A stretch of 64,000 nt of DNA from Chloroflexota bacterium (lineage in GTDB: Bacteria > Chloroflexota > UBA11872 > VXOZ01), in contig CAXXVD010000002.1 in NCBI GenBank assembly GCA_963662335.2, positions 480,001-544,000 of the forward strand. Direction: 5' to 3'. Each line of letters starts with the position of its first letter. Within the stretch, counting starts at the first letter, position 1. The notes under the pieces are model-generated. The model was not told the DNA's origin. It made no database searches and saw nothing but the letters and a program-made list of their open reading frames with translations. Positions 38,188 through 48,343 of the stretch are shown piece by piece. The translations under genes were made by a program, and so were the position numbers.

Positions 38188-38288
38188 GATTCCATTTCGT
38201 ATCGCGCTCGGGAATGCCGCCGGCAAGAGATTGAGTTTCACTCGCCGCGCCGTACAAGCGCCGCAAAGCGGCAATAGCCGCTCGCCAC

Positions 38289-38317
38289 TTGACTACCGCG
38301 CCCGCTTAGACTATGCT
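38289..38317 (+). promoter_or_regulatory. Sigma70-type promoter of the SBP gene
   Basis: TTGACT-17-TATGCT. Confidence 0.55.
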
Positions 38318-38451
38318 TACGCTGCAAGCATGGGGTGAATCCCATGTGTGGTTGTTTGTGGAGAAGACCCCGTTTGTTAGGGGTACATCCTCTGTTCTCA
38401 GGTGCGAGTGTGGAAACAGGGGAAGCGTATGCCACTACAGGAGGTTTGAGC

Positions 38452-39810
38452 ATGCGAAAGAGGTTGTCCCGCCGGACGTTTCTCGGCGGAAGCGCGCTGA
38501 CCGGCGCGGGGCTGCTGCTGGCGGCCTGCGGCGCGCAGCCGGTGGCAATGGAAGAGGCGCCGGCTGAGGAAGAGGCGAAGGAAGAGCCGAAGCCCGCAGC
38601 GCAGGAAGAGGCCAAGGCGCCTGAAGCCGCAGTGGTCAACTACCTGCACGTGGACCTGGCCCAGAACGAGATCTGGCAGAACTCCTGGGGTAACATCTTC
38701 GATACCTTCGCGGAGAAACATCCGGACCTCGAACTGACCGTAACCGGCACGAGCTTTGGCGAACTGCCGGCCAAGGCCGGCGCGGCACAGGCCGGCGGCA
38801 TCGCGTTCGACGCGGTGTACGGCTACTTTGCCTGGTTGGGCCCGTTCATCGAATCCGAGATTATTACGAATCTCGACCCCTTCCTGGCCGCGGACGCCGA
38901 CGTCTCTGCCGATGACTTCTATCCGGCCACGACAGAGAAATACCAGGGCAAGATCTACGGCTTTGCCTGGTTCAGCAACGGCAAAGAGATTTGGTTCAAC
39001 AAGAATCTCTTCACCGAAGCCGGCCTGAAGAATCCGGCCGAGAAGGAAGCCGACGGCGAGTGGACCTGGGATGCGCTGCTGGAAGACGCCAAGTTGCTGA
39101 CCAAGATGGAAGGCGACGAAATCGTGCAGGGCGGCGTGCGGCTCTACGCCGGGTACACGTCCTACCTTTGCATGTACGTCTGGGCGTACGGCGCGGACTT
39201 TTGGGACGAGGGCTGCACGGCCCCGACGTTTACGTCCGACGCGTTCCGCGAAGCGGTGCAGTTCCACGTGGACGTGGCCCTGAAGCACAAGGTCATGGGC
39301 GGCTCGTACACGGAGGGCACCCAGGCCATGTTCAACACCGGCTCGTTCAACGTGCGCACCTTCGAGGCGCAGATCACGCCGAACAATCTCTTCGAGATTG
39401 GCATGGCGCCGATGCCGAACGGACCGCAAGGGCGCGTCATCGCGCTGGCGAACAACGCCATGTACCTCGGCGGCTCCGGTGTGAATCCCGACGGCGGCTG
39501 GGAGTTCCTGAAGCATACGTTCAGCGCCGACGTGGTTGACGCCGTGGCGGCGATGGGCGGCGGGCGCTACGTGGCCAACAAGAACGTTACGCCGGCCACG
39601 ACCACCGACTACGAAAACGTCGACGTCTATCTCATGCAGGCTGCCAACAGCCGCATTACCCCCACGATCCTGAAGCAGTCCGAGTTCAACGCGGGCTGGC
39701 GGGAGACCTGGGACGAGATGGTCGCCGGCACGCTGACGGTGCCCGAGGGCCTGGAGCGCACGCAGGGTCAGTTGGAGAACTGGCTGGCCGAGGGCGGCTG
39801 CATCCAGTAA
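38452..39810 (+). CDS. Carbohydrate-type ABC substrate-binding lipoprotein (Tat), orphan
   Basis: AGGAGG RBS; SRRTFL Tat motif, LAAC lipobox, WFNKNLF, WTWD. Confidence 0.9.
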   Translation: MRKRLSRRTFLGGSALTGAGLLLAACGAQPVAMEEAPAEEEAKEEPKPAAQEEAKAPEAAVVNYLHVDLAQNEIWQNSWGNIFDTFAEKHPDLELTVTGTSFGELPAKAGAAQAGGIAFDAVYGYFAWLGPFIESEIITNLDPFLAADADVSADDFYPATTEKYQGKIYGFAWFSNGKEIWFNKNLFTEAGLKNPAEKEADGEWTWDALLEDAKLLTKMEGDEIVQGGVRLYAGYTSYLCMYVWAYGADFWDEGCTAPTFTSDAFREAVQFHVDVALKHKVMGGSYTEGTQAMFNTGSFNVRTFEAQITPNNLFEIGMAPMPNGPQGRVIALANNAMYLGGSGVNPDGGWEFLKHTFSADVVDAVAAMGGGRYVANKNVTPATTTDYENVDVYLMQAANSRITPTILKQSEFNAGWRETWDEMVAGTLTVPEGLERTQGQLENWLAEGGCIQ

Positions 39811-39847
39811 GCGACGAAGACTGTTCGACGCCTAATGCGCCGAAAGC

Positions 39848-39888
39848 AGAGGCGGAGCACCCCCGCATGGGGGCGCTCCGCCTCTTTC
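39848..39888 (+). terminator. Rho-independent terminator
   Basis: AGAGGCGGAGCACCCC..GGGGCGCTCCGCCTCT followed by TTC. Confidence 0.7.
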
Positions 39889-39982
39889 ACTTGATGTCGC
39901 GGCGGTTAGGAGTGATCCTGGCGGCCGGGTGTAGCGCGGGGGCTTGTCCCCCGCCGGGATGGTGTAGGGGCGGTTCGCGAAC

Positions 39983-40177
39983 TAATGCTGTCGCATTAGA
40001 CAGAACGACGGCAAAACTCGCGTCCAGAATCCCCGGTAGCGCAGGTTTGCAACCTGCGTCATGGTAGGGTCAAGAGGTTGGCGTTGTCTGCCGGAGGGAA
40101 ACTTTCGGCAATCGCCCTTCGTGCCTTGCACACTGGCGGGGGACAAGCCCCCGCGCTACGTTAATGCGACAGCATCA
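39983..40177. mobile_element. IS4-type MITE copy B (inverted relative to copy A) inserted in a different REP
   Basis: TIRs TAATGCTGTCGCATTA / TAATGCGACAGCATCA; exact 10-bp TSD GTTCGCGAAC (39973-82, 40178-87). Confidence 0.85.
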
Positions 40178-40249
40178 GTTCGCGAACCGCCCCTGCGTCT
40201 TGGCAAGGAAAATGGCGCGTAACCCCACCCTAGAAGCGGTTTCTCGAAC

Positions 40250-40320
40250 TGTCATTCCGAGCGCAGCGAGGAATCTAGGGACGCTAACACCCTAGACTCC
40301 TCGCTACGCTCGGAGTGACA
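40250..40320. repeat. Inverted REP doublet (GTCATTCCGAGC family)
   Basis: TGTCATTCCGAGCGCAGCGAGGAATCTAG ... CTAGACTCCTCGCTACGCTCGGAGTGACA. Confidence 0.85.
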
Positions 40321-40378
40321 TGACACGCAGCCCCGCAAAGCTATCACGTCTGGCTCTATTGAATCCGCGAAAATCCCA

Positions 40379-40408
40379 CGTGACTTTATTCACAATCTTC
40401 GCTATAAT
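40379..40408 (+). promoter_or_regulatory. Promoter of hisC-hppA with a CRP/Rex-like site over the -35
   Basis: GTGACT-17-TATAAT; CGTGA-N6-TCACA at 40379-94. Confidence 0.45.
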
Positions 40409-40548
40409 GCCTCAGTTGTAAATGCGCCGGCTTGGACCGGTTTGTACGCCTGTGGATTCTTTCCCTTGGCGCCGCTCATGGCTGCCGGGGAACTTCAGCG
40501 AACGAGCGAGAGACCGGCGCGGCGCGTGCAAGGGAGGCGAGGTAAACA

Positions 40549-41631
40549 GTGATTCCGGCTGCGCGAAAAGCCGTCCAGGAGATGTCGCCCTATGTGCCTG
40601 GGGAGCAGCCCCAGGGCGCGGGCTGGACGAAACTCAACACGAACGAGAATCCCTACACCTCGCCCAAGGCGCTGGCGGCGCTGGAAGGCCAGGCCTCGCA
40701 GGCGCTTTCGCGCTATCCCGATCCGTTGGCGCGGGACTTGCGGCAGAAGTTAGCCGAAATCTACGAAATCGACGTCGACTGGATCTACGTTGATAACGGC
40801 TCGGACCAGATTCTCAACCTCACCTTTCGCGCCTACGTAGACCGGGGCCAGACCGTGGCCTACACCTTTCCCACGTACCCCTATTACGAAGTGTGGGCGC
40901 ACATGCAGGACGCGGAAATCCAGACGGTCGCGCCGGGGCCGGAATTTGCCGTGCCCATCGACGAACTGGCCGGTTTGCAGGCCACGCTTACGGCAATTTC
41001 CAACCCGAATTCGCCCACCGGCACGTTCACGCCGCCCGCGGACATCGAGCGTTTGGCGCAGCAGTGTGACGGTTTGGTGGTCGTGGACGAGGCGTACGTG
41101 GACTTCGCGGCGGCCTCCGTCTTGCCCCTGGTGCGGCAGTATGACAACATTATCGTGTCGCGGAGCATGTCCAAGTCGTTCGGTCTCGCCGGAGTCCGTG
41201 TTGGATTTGCCTTCGGACAGCCCGAACTCCTGGAGCCGCTGTGGAAGCTGCGCGACTCATACAGCGTCAGCCGCCCCAGCCAGGCAATTGCGGTGGCGAC
41301 GCTGGACGACTACGACTGGATGCGGACGGTCTGCGCGGAGATCGGCGCGCGCCGGGAGCGGGTGGCGCGGCGGCTGGCGCGGGAGTTTCCCTGCATTGTC
41401 TATCCCTCGGACGCGAACTTCCTCTTCGTCGAGCCGACGCAGCACGCGGCGGCGGACGTTTTCGAGGCCTTGAAAGCGCAAAAGGTGCTGGTGCGCTACT
41501 TCCGCCAACACGGTTTGGAGCGCTACCTGCGTATCACGATTGGGACCGAAGAAGAGATGGAAACATTCTTCAGCGCCCTCAATGCGGTGTTGGAGCAAAG
41601 TCTAGTGCCAATCACGGGAGGTACAGAGTAA
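40549..41631 (+). CDS. hisC: Histidinol-phosphate aminotransferase
   Basis: PYVPGEQ, KLNTNENPY, RYPD, NGSD, NPNSPTG, VDEAY, RSMSKSFGLAGVRVG. Confidence 0.93.
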   Translation: MIPAARKAVQEMSPYVPGEQPQGAGWTKLNTNENPYTSPKALAALEGQASQALSRYPDPLARDLRQKLAEIYEIDVDWIYVDNGSDQILNLTFRAYVDRGQTVAYTFPTYPYYEVWAHMQDAEIQTVAPGPEFAVPIDELAGLQATLTAISNPNSPTGTFTPPADIERLAQQCDGLVVVDEAYVDFAAASVLPLVRQYDNIIVSRSMSKSFGLAGVRVGFAFGQPELLEPLWKLRDSYSVSRPSQAIAVATLDDYDWMRTVCAEIGARRERVARRLAREFPCIVYPSDANFLFVEPTQHAAADVFEALKAQKVLVRYFRQHGLERYLRITIGTEEEMETFFSALNAVLEQSLVPITGGTE

Positions 41632-41632
41632 C

Positions 41633-43744
41633 GTGGAACTTGTCTGGTCAGTGCCGATCGCCTGTCTGATTTCGGTAATCTTCGCCATTTGGCTCGCGTA
41701 CGACGTGTTGCGCCGCGACCGCGGTTCGGCGCAGATGCAGGAGATTGCCGGCATGATCTACGAAGGCGCAACCGCCTTCCTCAACCGGCAATACCGCACT
41801 ATCGCCGTTTTGGCGATAGTGGCGGCAATCGTGATTGGCGCCATCATCGGCTACTTCGCGTCCGACACGGAACTCGGCATCAAGACTGCGGTAGCCTTCC
41901 TGGTTGGCGCGATTTGTTCCGGCATCTCCGGCTTCGTCGGCATGCACATCGCGGTGCAGTCCAACGGCCGCGCCGCCAACGCCGCCCGCTCCAGCCTGGA
42001 AGAGGCGCTGAAGGTCTCGCTGCGCGGCGGCGCGGTCTCCGGTTTTCTCGTCGTGGCGCTGAGCCTGATTGGCGTCGGCGCGATGCTGCTCATCTACGGC
42101 GGCAATAACCTCACCCCGGAGAATTCCCTCTCGATTGTGAGCAGCATCGTAGGGTTCGGCTTTGGCGCGAGCTTCGTGGCGCTGTTCGCGCAGCTTGGCG
42201 GCGGCATCTACACCAAAGCCGCCGACGTGGGCGCGGACCTGGTCGGCAAGGTGGAACAGGGCATCCCGGAAGACGACCCGCGCAACGCGGCTGTGGTGGC
42301 CGACCTGGTGGGCGACAACGTGGGCGACTGCGCCGGCCGCGGCGCCGACCTCTTCGAGTCCACGGCCGCCGAGAACATCGGCGCGATGATCCTCGGCGCG
42401 AGCCTGGCGGTGGCGACGAATAACCTGGCGTGGGTGCTCTTCCCGCTCATCGTGCGCGCGTTTGGGCTGGTGGCGTCTATCGTCGGTGTCATATTGGCAC
42501 GAGGGGCTAATCCCGAGAACCCCATGAATGCCCTCAACAAGGGCTACTACGTCATTACGGCGCTTTCGATCGTCTTCATGTTCGTCTCGGTCTACTACCT
42601 GCTGGAAGACCTGATGTTCTTCTGGGCGGGTACCGTCGGCATTCTGACCAGCCTCGCATTTGTGTACATCACGCAGTACTACACCTCCGGTAGCTGGCGG
42701 CCGGTAAAGGAAATCGCGGAGGCCTCCCGCACTGGCCCGGCCACGAACATCATCAGCGGCTTTGCGATCGGCCTGGAAACTACTGCCACGTCGGTGCTGG
42801 CGATTGCCGTGGCGCTGGGCCTCTCGTTCTGGCTCGGCACGCTGGCCGAGGTGGAGGGCGTGAGCGCGGCGGTGAAGGGCATCTACGCCACTGCGGTAGC
42901 GACCATGGGCATGCTCATGAGCGCGGCCTACGTGCTCTCGATGGATACCTTCGGGCCGATTACGGACAACGCCGGCGGCATCACCGAGATGTCCGACGCG
43001 CCGGAAGAGGCGCGGGTGATTACCGACCAACTGGACTCGGTCGGCAACACGACCAAGGCGCTCACCAAGGGCTACGCCATCGGCTCGGCCGGTCTGGCGG
43101 CGTTCCTGCTCTTCCAGGCCTTTCTGGATGAGGTGCGCCACAAGCTGGACCTGCCCCACGAGGCGATCCAGGTGGACCTGGTGAAGGTGGAGGTCTTCAT
43201 TGGCGGCTTCATTGGCGCGATGGTGGTCTTCCTCTTTAGCGCGCTGGCGATTCGCGCCGTGGGGCGCGCGGCCAGCGACATCATCGAGGAGGTGCGCCGC
43301 CAGTTCGCTGAGAACCCCGGCATCATGGAGGGCACGGAGCGGCCCGACTACGCCCGCTGCGTGGACATTACGACCCGCTCGGCCCTGCGCGAGATGATTG
43401 TGCCGGGCGTGCTGGCGGTTGCCGCGCCCATCGTCGTCGGCGTCGCTTTGCGCTGGGAGGCGGAGGCGGCCTTCCTGATGGTGGGTACCATGTCCGGCAT
43501 CATCCTGGCAACTATCCTCAACAACGGCGGCGGCGCGTGGGACAACGCCAAGAAGTTCATCGAGGCGGGCAACCTCAAGGACGCCGACGGCAACGTAATC
43601 GGCAAGAACACCGTGGCGCACCACGCGGCGGTGGTGGGCGATACCGTGGGCGATCCTTTGAAGGACACGGCGGGTCCGTCGTTGCACGTGCTCATCAAGC
43701 TCTTCTCCACGATTACGCTGGTGCTGGCGCCGCTGTTCATCTAG
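41633..43744 (+). CDS. hppA: Membrane-integral ion-pumping pyrophosphatase (K+-independent signature)
   Basis: DVGADLVGKVE, DLVGDNVGD, FGPITDNAGGI, GNTTKA, GDTVGDPLKDT. Confidence 0.96.
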   Translation: MELVWSVPIACLISVIFAIWLAYDVLRRDRGSAQMQEIAGMIYEGATAFLNRQYRTIAVLAIVAAIVIGAIIGYFASDTELGIKTAVAFLVGAICSGISGFVGMHIAVQSNGRAANAARSSLEEALKVSLRGGAVSGFLVVALSLIGVGAMLLIYGGNNLTPENSLSIVSSIVGFGFGASFVALFAQLGGGIYTKAADVGADLVGKVEQGIPEDDPRNAAVVADLVGDNVGDCAGRGADLFESTAAENIGAMILGASLAVATNNLAWVLFPLIVRAFGLVASIVGVILARGANPENPMNALNKGYYVITALSIVFMFVSVYYLLEDLMFFWAGTVGILTSLAFVYITQYYTSGSWRPVKEIAEASRTGPATNIISGFAIGLETTATSVLAIAVALGLSFWLGTLAEVEGVSAAVKGIYATAVATMGMLMSAAYVLSMDTFGPITDNAGGITEMSDAPEEARVITDQLDSVGNTTKALTKGYAIGSAGLAAFLLFQAFLDEVRHKLDLPHEAIQVDLVKVEVFIGGFIGAMVVFLFSALAIRAVGRAASDIIEEVRRQFAENPGIMEGTERPDYARCVDITTRSALREMIVPGVLAVAAPIVVGVALRWEAEAAFLMVGTMSGIILATILNNGGGAWDNAKKFIEAGNLKDADGNVIGKNTVAHHAAVVGDTVGDPLKDTAGPSLHVLIKLFSTITLVLAPLFI

Positions 43745-43791
43745 GGACGCCGGTTCTCGTGGGGTGACCTTGACAATAATATGGCAATTGC

Positions 43792-43819
43792 GTAGGGGCG
43801 GTTCGCGAACCGCCCCTAC
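43792..43819. repeat. GTAG REP, third family (uninterrupted form of the MITE-B target)
   Basis: GTAGGGGCGGTTCGCGAACCGCCCCTAC. Confidence 0.9.
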
Positions 43820-43926
43820 GTTGCGTTTGTCCACCCTTGCCCGGCCCAGATCGGCGGGCGAGACAAACACCTTTCCCCTGGCAAGGGATCGGTGAGCAAA
43901 AAAGTCAGCATCTCCCAGGGGAGAGG

Positions 43927-44073
43927 CTGACAGGGGTAGGTAAATGTCATTCCGAGCGCAGCGAGGAATCTAAAGATGCTGGTCTTGCATCGCTGTGCTT
44001 TAGATTCCTCACTCCGCTGCGCTCCGTTCGGAATGACAGGTGAGGTCGATTGTTGAATGCTTACCCCTATCAG
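43927..44073. mobile_element. 147-bp MITE-like element enclosing a REP doublet
   Basis: CTGACAGGGGTA...TACCCCTATCAG; flanking 11-mers CAGGGGAGAGG / CAGGTGAGAGG. Confidence 0.8.
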
Positions 44074-44124
44074 CAGGTGAGAGGGCCGGAGTGAGGGGAA
44101 AGTCCTACAAGACGGGGTACTCTA

Positions 44125-45678
44125 ATGCCTGAATTGCACTTCTACGGCGGCGCCAACGAAATTGGCGGCAACAAGATCCTGCTGGAGGACGGCGCTACCC
44201 GCCTCTTCTTCGACTTCGGCATCTCCTTCAAGGTGCGGAGCCTCTACTTCGAGGAGTTTCTCAATCCCCGATCGGGCTACGGCCTGAACGACTACTTTCA
44301 CACCGGTATGTTGCCGTTGCTGCAAGGTATCTACCGGACTGCATTGGAGCCGGACGACGCTTTCTGGTCGCGCTGGCAAACGGATTCCCGCTATCGCCCG
44401 CTCGACCACGTGGACGGCGTGCTGTTGAGCCACGCCCACGTGGACCACACCGGTTCGGTATCGTTTCTGCGGCCCGACATTCCGCTTTACACTACGGCGC
44501 TGACGGCGCTCATTTCCAAGGCGATTCAAGATAGCGCTCCCTCCGACATCGAGCGCGAACTTGTGTACGCCGTACCGCGCGAGAGCAAAGACGGCGTGCT
44601 GCGCACCGTCTCGAAAGCCCCATTGCAGCAGCGTCCGCTGCGTGTGCTCAACGGGCCGCTTTCGCTTGAGGCGGAGCGCTTCTGGCACGAATCGCCGCAG
44701 GCAACACGGAGCATGGAGGTAACGCCTGTTGAGGCGGCCGGTGAGACCGTTGGCGCGGGCAACAAGCTGCGCTGGTACCCGGTAGACCACTCAATCTACG
44801 GCGCGGCGGCCTTTGCGGTGGAAACGTCGTCAGGCTGGGTGGCCTATACCGGCGATCTGCGCCTGCATGGCCTGCGCGGCGAACAGACGCGGCAGGCGGT
44901 GGCGGCGCTGGCGGCGCTGAAACCGGCCGTCCTGCTCTGCGAGGGCACGCGCGGCGCAAACGGCGGTGACGCCACCGAGCAGGACGTCCAGGCCACGGCG
45001 GCGGAAATCGTCAAGGGGGCCGCAGGCAAACTGGTCTTTGCCGACTTTGGGCCGCGCAACGTGGAGCGGCTGCTCATATTCCGTGAAATCGCGCGGGATA
45101 CCGGACGCCGCCTGGCCGTGCTCAACAAGGACGCCTACCTGCTCGAGGCCATGCACGTAGCCGCGCCGGCCGAGGTGCCCGACTTTGGCACGGAAACGGG
45201 CTTTGCGCTCTACCAGAAGGGCCGCGCGCGCCTGAGCGGCTGGGAAAAGAACCTCGTAGAGCGCCATAGCGCCCTATTGGTAGACGCGGACGCCGTGCGC
45301 CGCAACCCCGGCGGCTACATCCTCTGCTTCTCGTTCTGGGACATCAACGAACTTGCCAGCCTTGCGCCCGTGCCGGCGGTCTACGTCTACTCCAGCAGCG
45401 AGGCGTTCAATGAGGAGATGGAGATGGACCGAAAGCGCCTGCGCAATTGGCTGGAACACTTTTGCGTGGAGATGCACGGTCTGGACGAAGGGCAGGACGG
45501 CCCGCTGCACGCCTCCGGCCACGCCAGCGGTGAAGAGCTCATCGACATAATTCGCCAAGTGCGACCGCGCACGCTCATTCCCATTCACACTGAGAAGGCG
45601 CGTTACTTCGAGGACGCGCTGGCAGGCGACGACATTGACGTTGTGCTGCCCTCGCACTGCCGCTCTTTGCAGTTTTGA
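44125..45678 (+). CDS. MBL/beta-CASP metallo-hydrolase, RNase J-like
   Basis: EIGGNK, SHAHVDH, DHS, YTGD, HASGH, PIH motifs. Confidence 0.87.
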   Translation: MPELHFYGGANEIGGNKILLEDGATRLFFDFGISFKVRSLYFEEFLNPRSGYGLNDYFHTGMLPLLQGIYRTALEPDDAFWSRWQTDSRYRPLDHVDGVLLSHAHVDHTGSVSFLRPDIPLYTTALTALISKAIQDSAPSDIERELVYAVPRESKDGVLRTVSKAPLQQRPLRVLNGPLSLEAERFWHESPQATRSMEVTPVEAAGETVGAGNKLRWYPVDHSIYGAAAFAVETSSGWVAYTGDLRLHGLRGEQTRQAVAALAALKPAVLLCEGTRGANGGDATEQDVQATAAEIVKGAAGKLVFADFGPRNVERLLIFREIARDTGRRLAVLNKDAYLLEAMHVAAPAEVPDFGTETGFALYQKGRARLSGWEKNLVERHSALLVDADAVRRNPGGYILCFSFWDINELASLAPVPAVYVYSSSEAFNEEMEMDRKRLRNWLEHFCVEMHGLDEGQDGPLHASGHASGEELIDIIRQVRPRTLIPIHTEKARYFEDALAGDDIDVVLPSHCRSLQF

Positions 45679-45722
45679 AAAGCGCCCAGCTAACTTTGGG
45701 CCGCGAAACGCAGCTTGGTCGG

Positions 45723-45746
45723 GCGCAGGTTGCAAACCTGCGCTAC
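45723..45746. repeat. GTAG REP, fourth family
   Basis: GCGCAGGTTGCAAACCTGCGCTAC; also near 48456 and inside both IS4-type MITEs. Confidence 0.85.
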
Positions 45747-45802
45747 CGGACGGCATGGGGCTCTCGAACGAATGAACGGTGAGTGGCAAACCGCAAACGG
45801 GT

Positions 45803-46894
45803 TCACACTTCTACCGGGCCTGTGAACACGTCTGCGGGAATGAAGCTGGCTCGTGCGCTTGAATGCACGTGGTCGACGCCTTCGGTGGTGACCTGGGCGA
45901 GGGCGGTGAAGTGGGTGTTTTCGCCGCTGACGCCGCTGCGGTTGCCGCCGCCGTGGCCGCGCAGCCAGTGGGGGTCGATGAGTTGCTTGCCCTGCCAGAG
46001 GCCCCGGGTGGCGAGCAGGTGGCCGAAGCGGGCGATGTCGGCGGCGCACATCACCGCCCAGCCGGGGCCGCTGCGCACCGGGTGTCCGGCGACGCGGTAC
46101 GGCGGGTCGAGGTAGGTGTAGGAATCCGGGATCGTGGGGTAGAAGTACTGCTGGGATTGCACGGTCTCGCCGGTGTACCAGTCCCAGTTGTCCGGCGCGA
46201 TGCCGATTGTGCCGAAGAGCCGTTCGTCCAGCACCTCTTTGAGGTCGCGTTGCCAGACGTGCGTCAGCGCCTGTCCCATGCGCCAGAAGCCGGCGCTGCT
46301 GTAGTGCTCCTGGGTGCCGGGCGGCACGTGGGCGTAGAGATCGTAGAAGGGGTCGCCGGTCCAGTTCGCCCAGGCGGGACAGGTCTTGTCGGCGTCTTCT
46401 TGGGTCTTGCCCGCGCGTCCGGCGGCATAGTGGCTGCCGATTTCCATGGGAAAGCCGCCCTGATGGGTGCGGCCAAACTGCGTGCCGATGATGTGCCGCC
46501 AGGTGAGATTCTTATGATTGCCCTCGTTTAGATGCTTGTGAGGATGCGAGAGTTCGCCCGCGCCCGTCCACGATTCATGGATGGGCGCGTCCACGTCCAG
46601 TAGGCCGTCCGCCGCCGCGAAACCGAGCAAGACCCACATGAAGGCCTTGCCCATGGAGGCGGTCTGGAAGCGGTAGCGCGGGTCGCCCCAGGTGTGCACG
46701 CAGTAACCGCCGCGGGTGAGCATCACGCCCCACTTATTGCCGGTGTGGTCTTCGCCGCCGAATTTCGCGCCGTGGAAGCCGAGCGTGCGCAGCCAGGCCT
46801 CGAACCGGCGGGGGTCTAGGCCCGCCTTTTGCGGGGTGATGGTAACCCAGTCTTCTTCGGGATAGGTTACCCAAGAAGGGATATTCCTACTCAT
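45803..46894 (-). CDS. Serine hydrolase, beta-lactamase/PBP-like fold
   Basis: SMGK (SxxK), PGT..HYSS, ADIARFGHL...G.WQGKQLI. Confidence 0.75.
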   Translation of the reverse strand: MSRNIPSWVTYPEEDWVTITPQKAGLDPRRFEAWLRTLGFHGAKFGGEDHTGNKWGVMLTRGGYCVHTWGDPRYRFQTASMGKAFMWVLLGFAAADGLLDVDAPIHESWTGAGELSHPHKHLNEGNHKNLTWRHIIGTQFGRTHQGGFPMEIGSHYAAGRAGKTQEDADKTCPAWANWTGDPFYDLYAHVPPGTQEHYSSAGFWRMGQALTHVWQRDLKEVLDERLFGTIGIAPDNWDWYTGETVQSQQYFYPTIPDSYTYLDPPYRVAGHPVRSGPGWAVMCAADIARFGHLLATRGLWQGKQLIDPHWLRGHGGGNRSGVSGENTHFTALAQVTTEGVDHVHSSARASFIPADVFTGPVEV

Positions 46895-46944
46895 GCGTGT
46901 TGTCTCTCCCGATCAAGTCTGTGGCGCCTTTTGCAAAGCCGGAG

Positions 46945-47105
46945 GCGGGGGACAAGCCCCCGCGCTACGGTGATGCGGTACCGCGCGGGGCGCGCTACGG
47001 TGATGCGGCCGCGCGCGGGGTAAGGCCCCACTGCGATTTACGTTCCTTGCTGTGCCATTAGAATTTTCGGTGCGCACTAGATTCCTCGCTGCGCTCGGAA
47101 TGACA
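46945..47105. repeat. GTAG REP with a 30-bp tandem duplication (46961-47020), plus a GTCATTCC REP
   Basis: cgcgctacggtgatgcgg...cgcgcgggg occurs twice. Confidence 0.8.
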
Positions 47106-47176
47106 TGTGAGTGCGACCACGTGAGTGATAGATTGAATTGACAACGCAGGGCGCGACACATTTGGCTTCGGCTGAG

Positions 47177-48343
47177 CTACCTGGGCATCTCGCCTTTGCG
47201 CCGGTTGGGGCCGGGCCGGAAGTCCGGCACGTGCATGAGTTTGCTGCCTTGCGCAATGGATTCGGACGCCAGGACGGCCGGTGCGGCGGTGTCCATGGCC
47301 TTGTAGAGGTCGAACTCCAGCGGCGTGCCGTGCAGCACCGCGTCGCGGAAGGTGGCGTGGATGTAGTAGTCGGTATCGCTGTGGCCGCTGCCGCGCGCTT
47401 CCGCCGGCGCGTCGGTGCGCTGCGGGCGCCAGTCCACCTCGGCGTGGTCGTGCATCTGGGCGTCGGCCAGCCAGAGCTTGGGCTTATCCCGCAGCGAACG
47501 CGCCAGTTCCACCGAACCCTTGGTGCCCATGATGTGGCACCAGTGGTTGTCGCGGGGCGGCGTGGGCTGGGTGTAGGCCACGGCCAGGCGCATGAGCGTA
47601 TCTTTGGCCGTCTTCATGATGGCCAGTTGGATGTCCGGCTGCCGGATTTCCTCGTGGATGTAACTGGGCGAGCGGGTGCTCATGGCGGTGACCTCGGTCA
47701 CGCGGTCGTCGAGCACCATCAGGATCGGGCTGAGTTCGTGGGGCAGGTAGTGAATCGGCGGCATGAGGTTGATCCACGACGGTTCCGCGTCGGGGGTATT
47801 GGGCAAGTCGGCTATGGGCACGTGTTCCGCCGTGCCGCGCCTGCGGTGGTAGCGATACGACTCCTTATAGCCAATGTACTGGCCCTCGCAGAACGTAATC
47901 TTGCCCAGCTTGCCCTCCCGCACCAGGTCGCGCCAGGCGGCAAACTCGCCGGAGTGCCGCCGCTGCTCGCCAAGCTGGTAGACCTTGCCGCTGTGCTCCG
48001 CCGCCAGCACGATGCGCCAGCAGTCCTCCAGGGTGTGCGCGGCCGGAACCTCGGAATTGACGTGCTTGCCGGCCTCCAGCGCCTGCGCCGCCAGCGCGCC
48101 CTGCTCCTGGCAGCGCACCGTGAGCGCCACCGCGTCCACGTTGTCATCGGCCAGGAAGTCTGCGTAATTGTCGTAGGCGGCAATCGACTGCGGGTCTTGC
48201 AGCGGTTCGAGCGACCGTTCGTGCAATTCGGTGAGCGGGTCGCAGATGGCGGTGACGCGATAGCCGTTGAAATCGTCCAGCATCTTCAACCAGTGGCGGC
48301 CGCGCGGGCCAAGTCCGGTCAGGCCGATGCGAATCTCTTCCAC
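47177..48343 (-). CDS. Gfo/Idh/MocA-family oxidoreductase
   Basis: IGLTGLGPRG, AGKHVNSEVP, YxxH. Confidence 0.9.
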   Translation of the reverse strand: MEEIRIGLTGLGPRGRHWLKMLDDFNGYRVTAICDPLTELHERSLEPLQDPQSIAAYDNYADFLADDNVDAVALTVRCQEQGALAAQALEAGKHVNSEVPAAHTLEDCWRIVLAAEHSGKVYQLGEQRRHSGEFAAWRDLVREGKLGKITFCEGQYIGYKESYRYHRRRGTAEHVPIADLPNTPDAEPSWINLMPPIHYLPHELSPILMVLDDRVTEVTAMSTRSPSYIHEEIRQPDIQLAIMKTAKDTLMRLAVAYTQPTPPRDNHWCHIMGTKGSVELARSLRDKPKLWLADAQMHDHAEVDWRPQRTDAPAEARGSGHSDTDYYIHATFRDAVLHGTPLEFDLYKAMDTAAPAVLASESIAQGSKLMHVPDFRPGPNRRKGEMPR

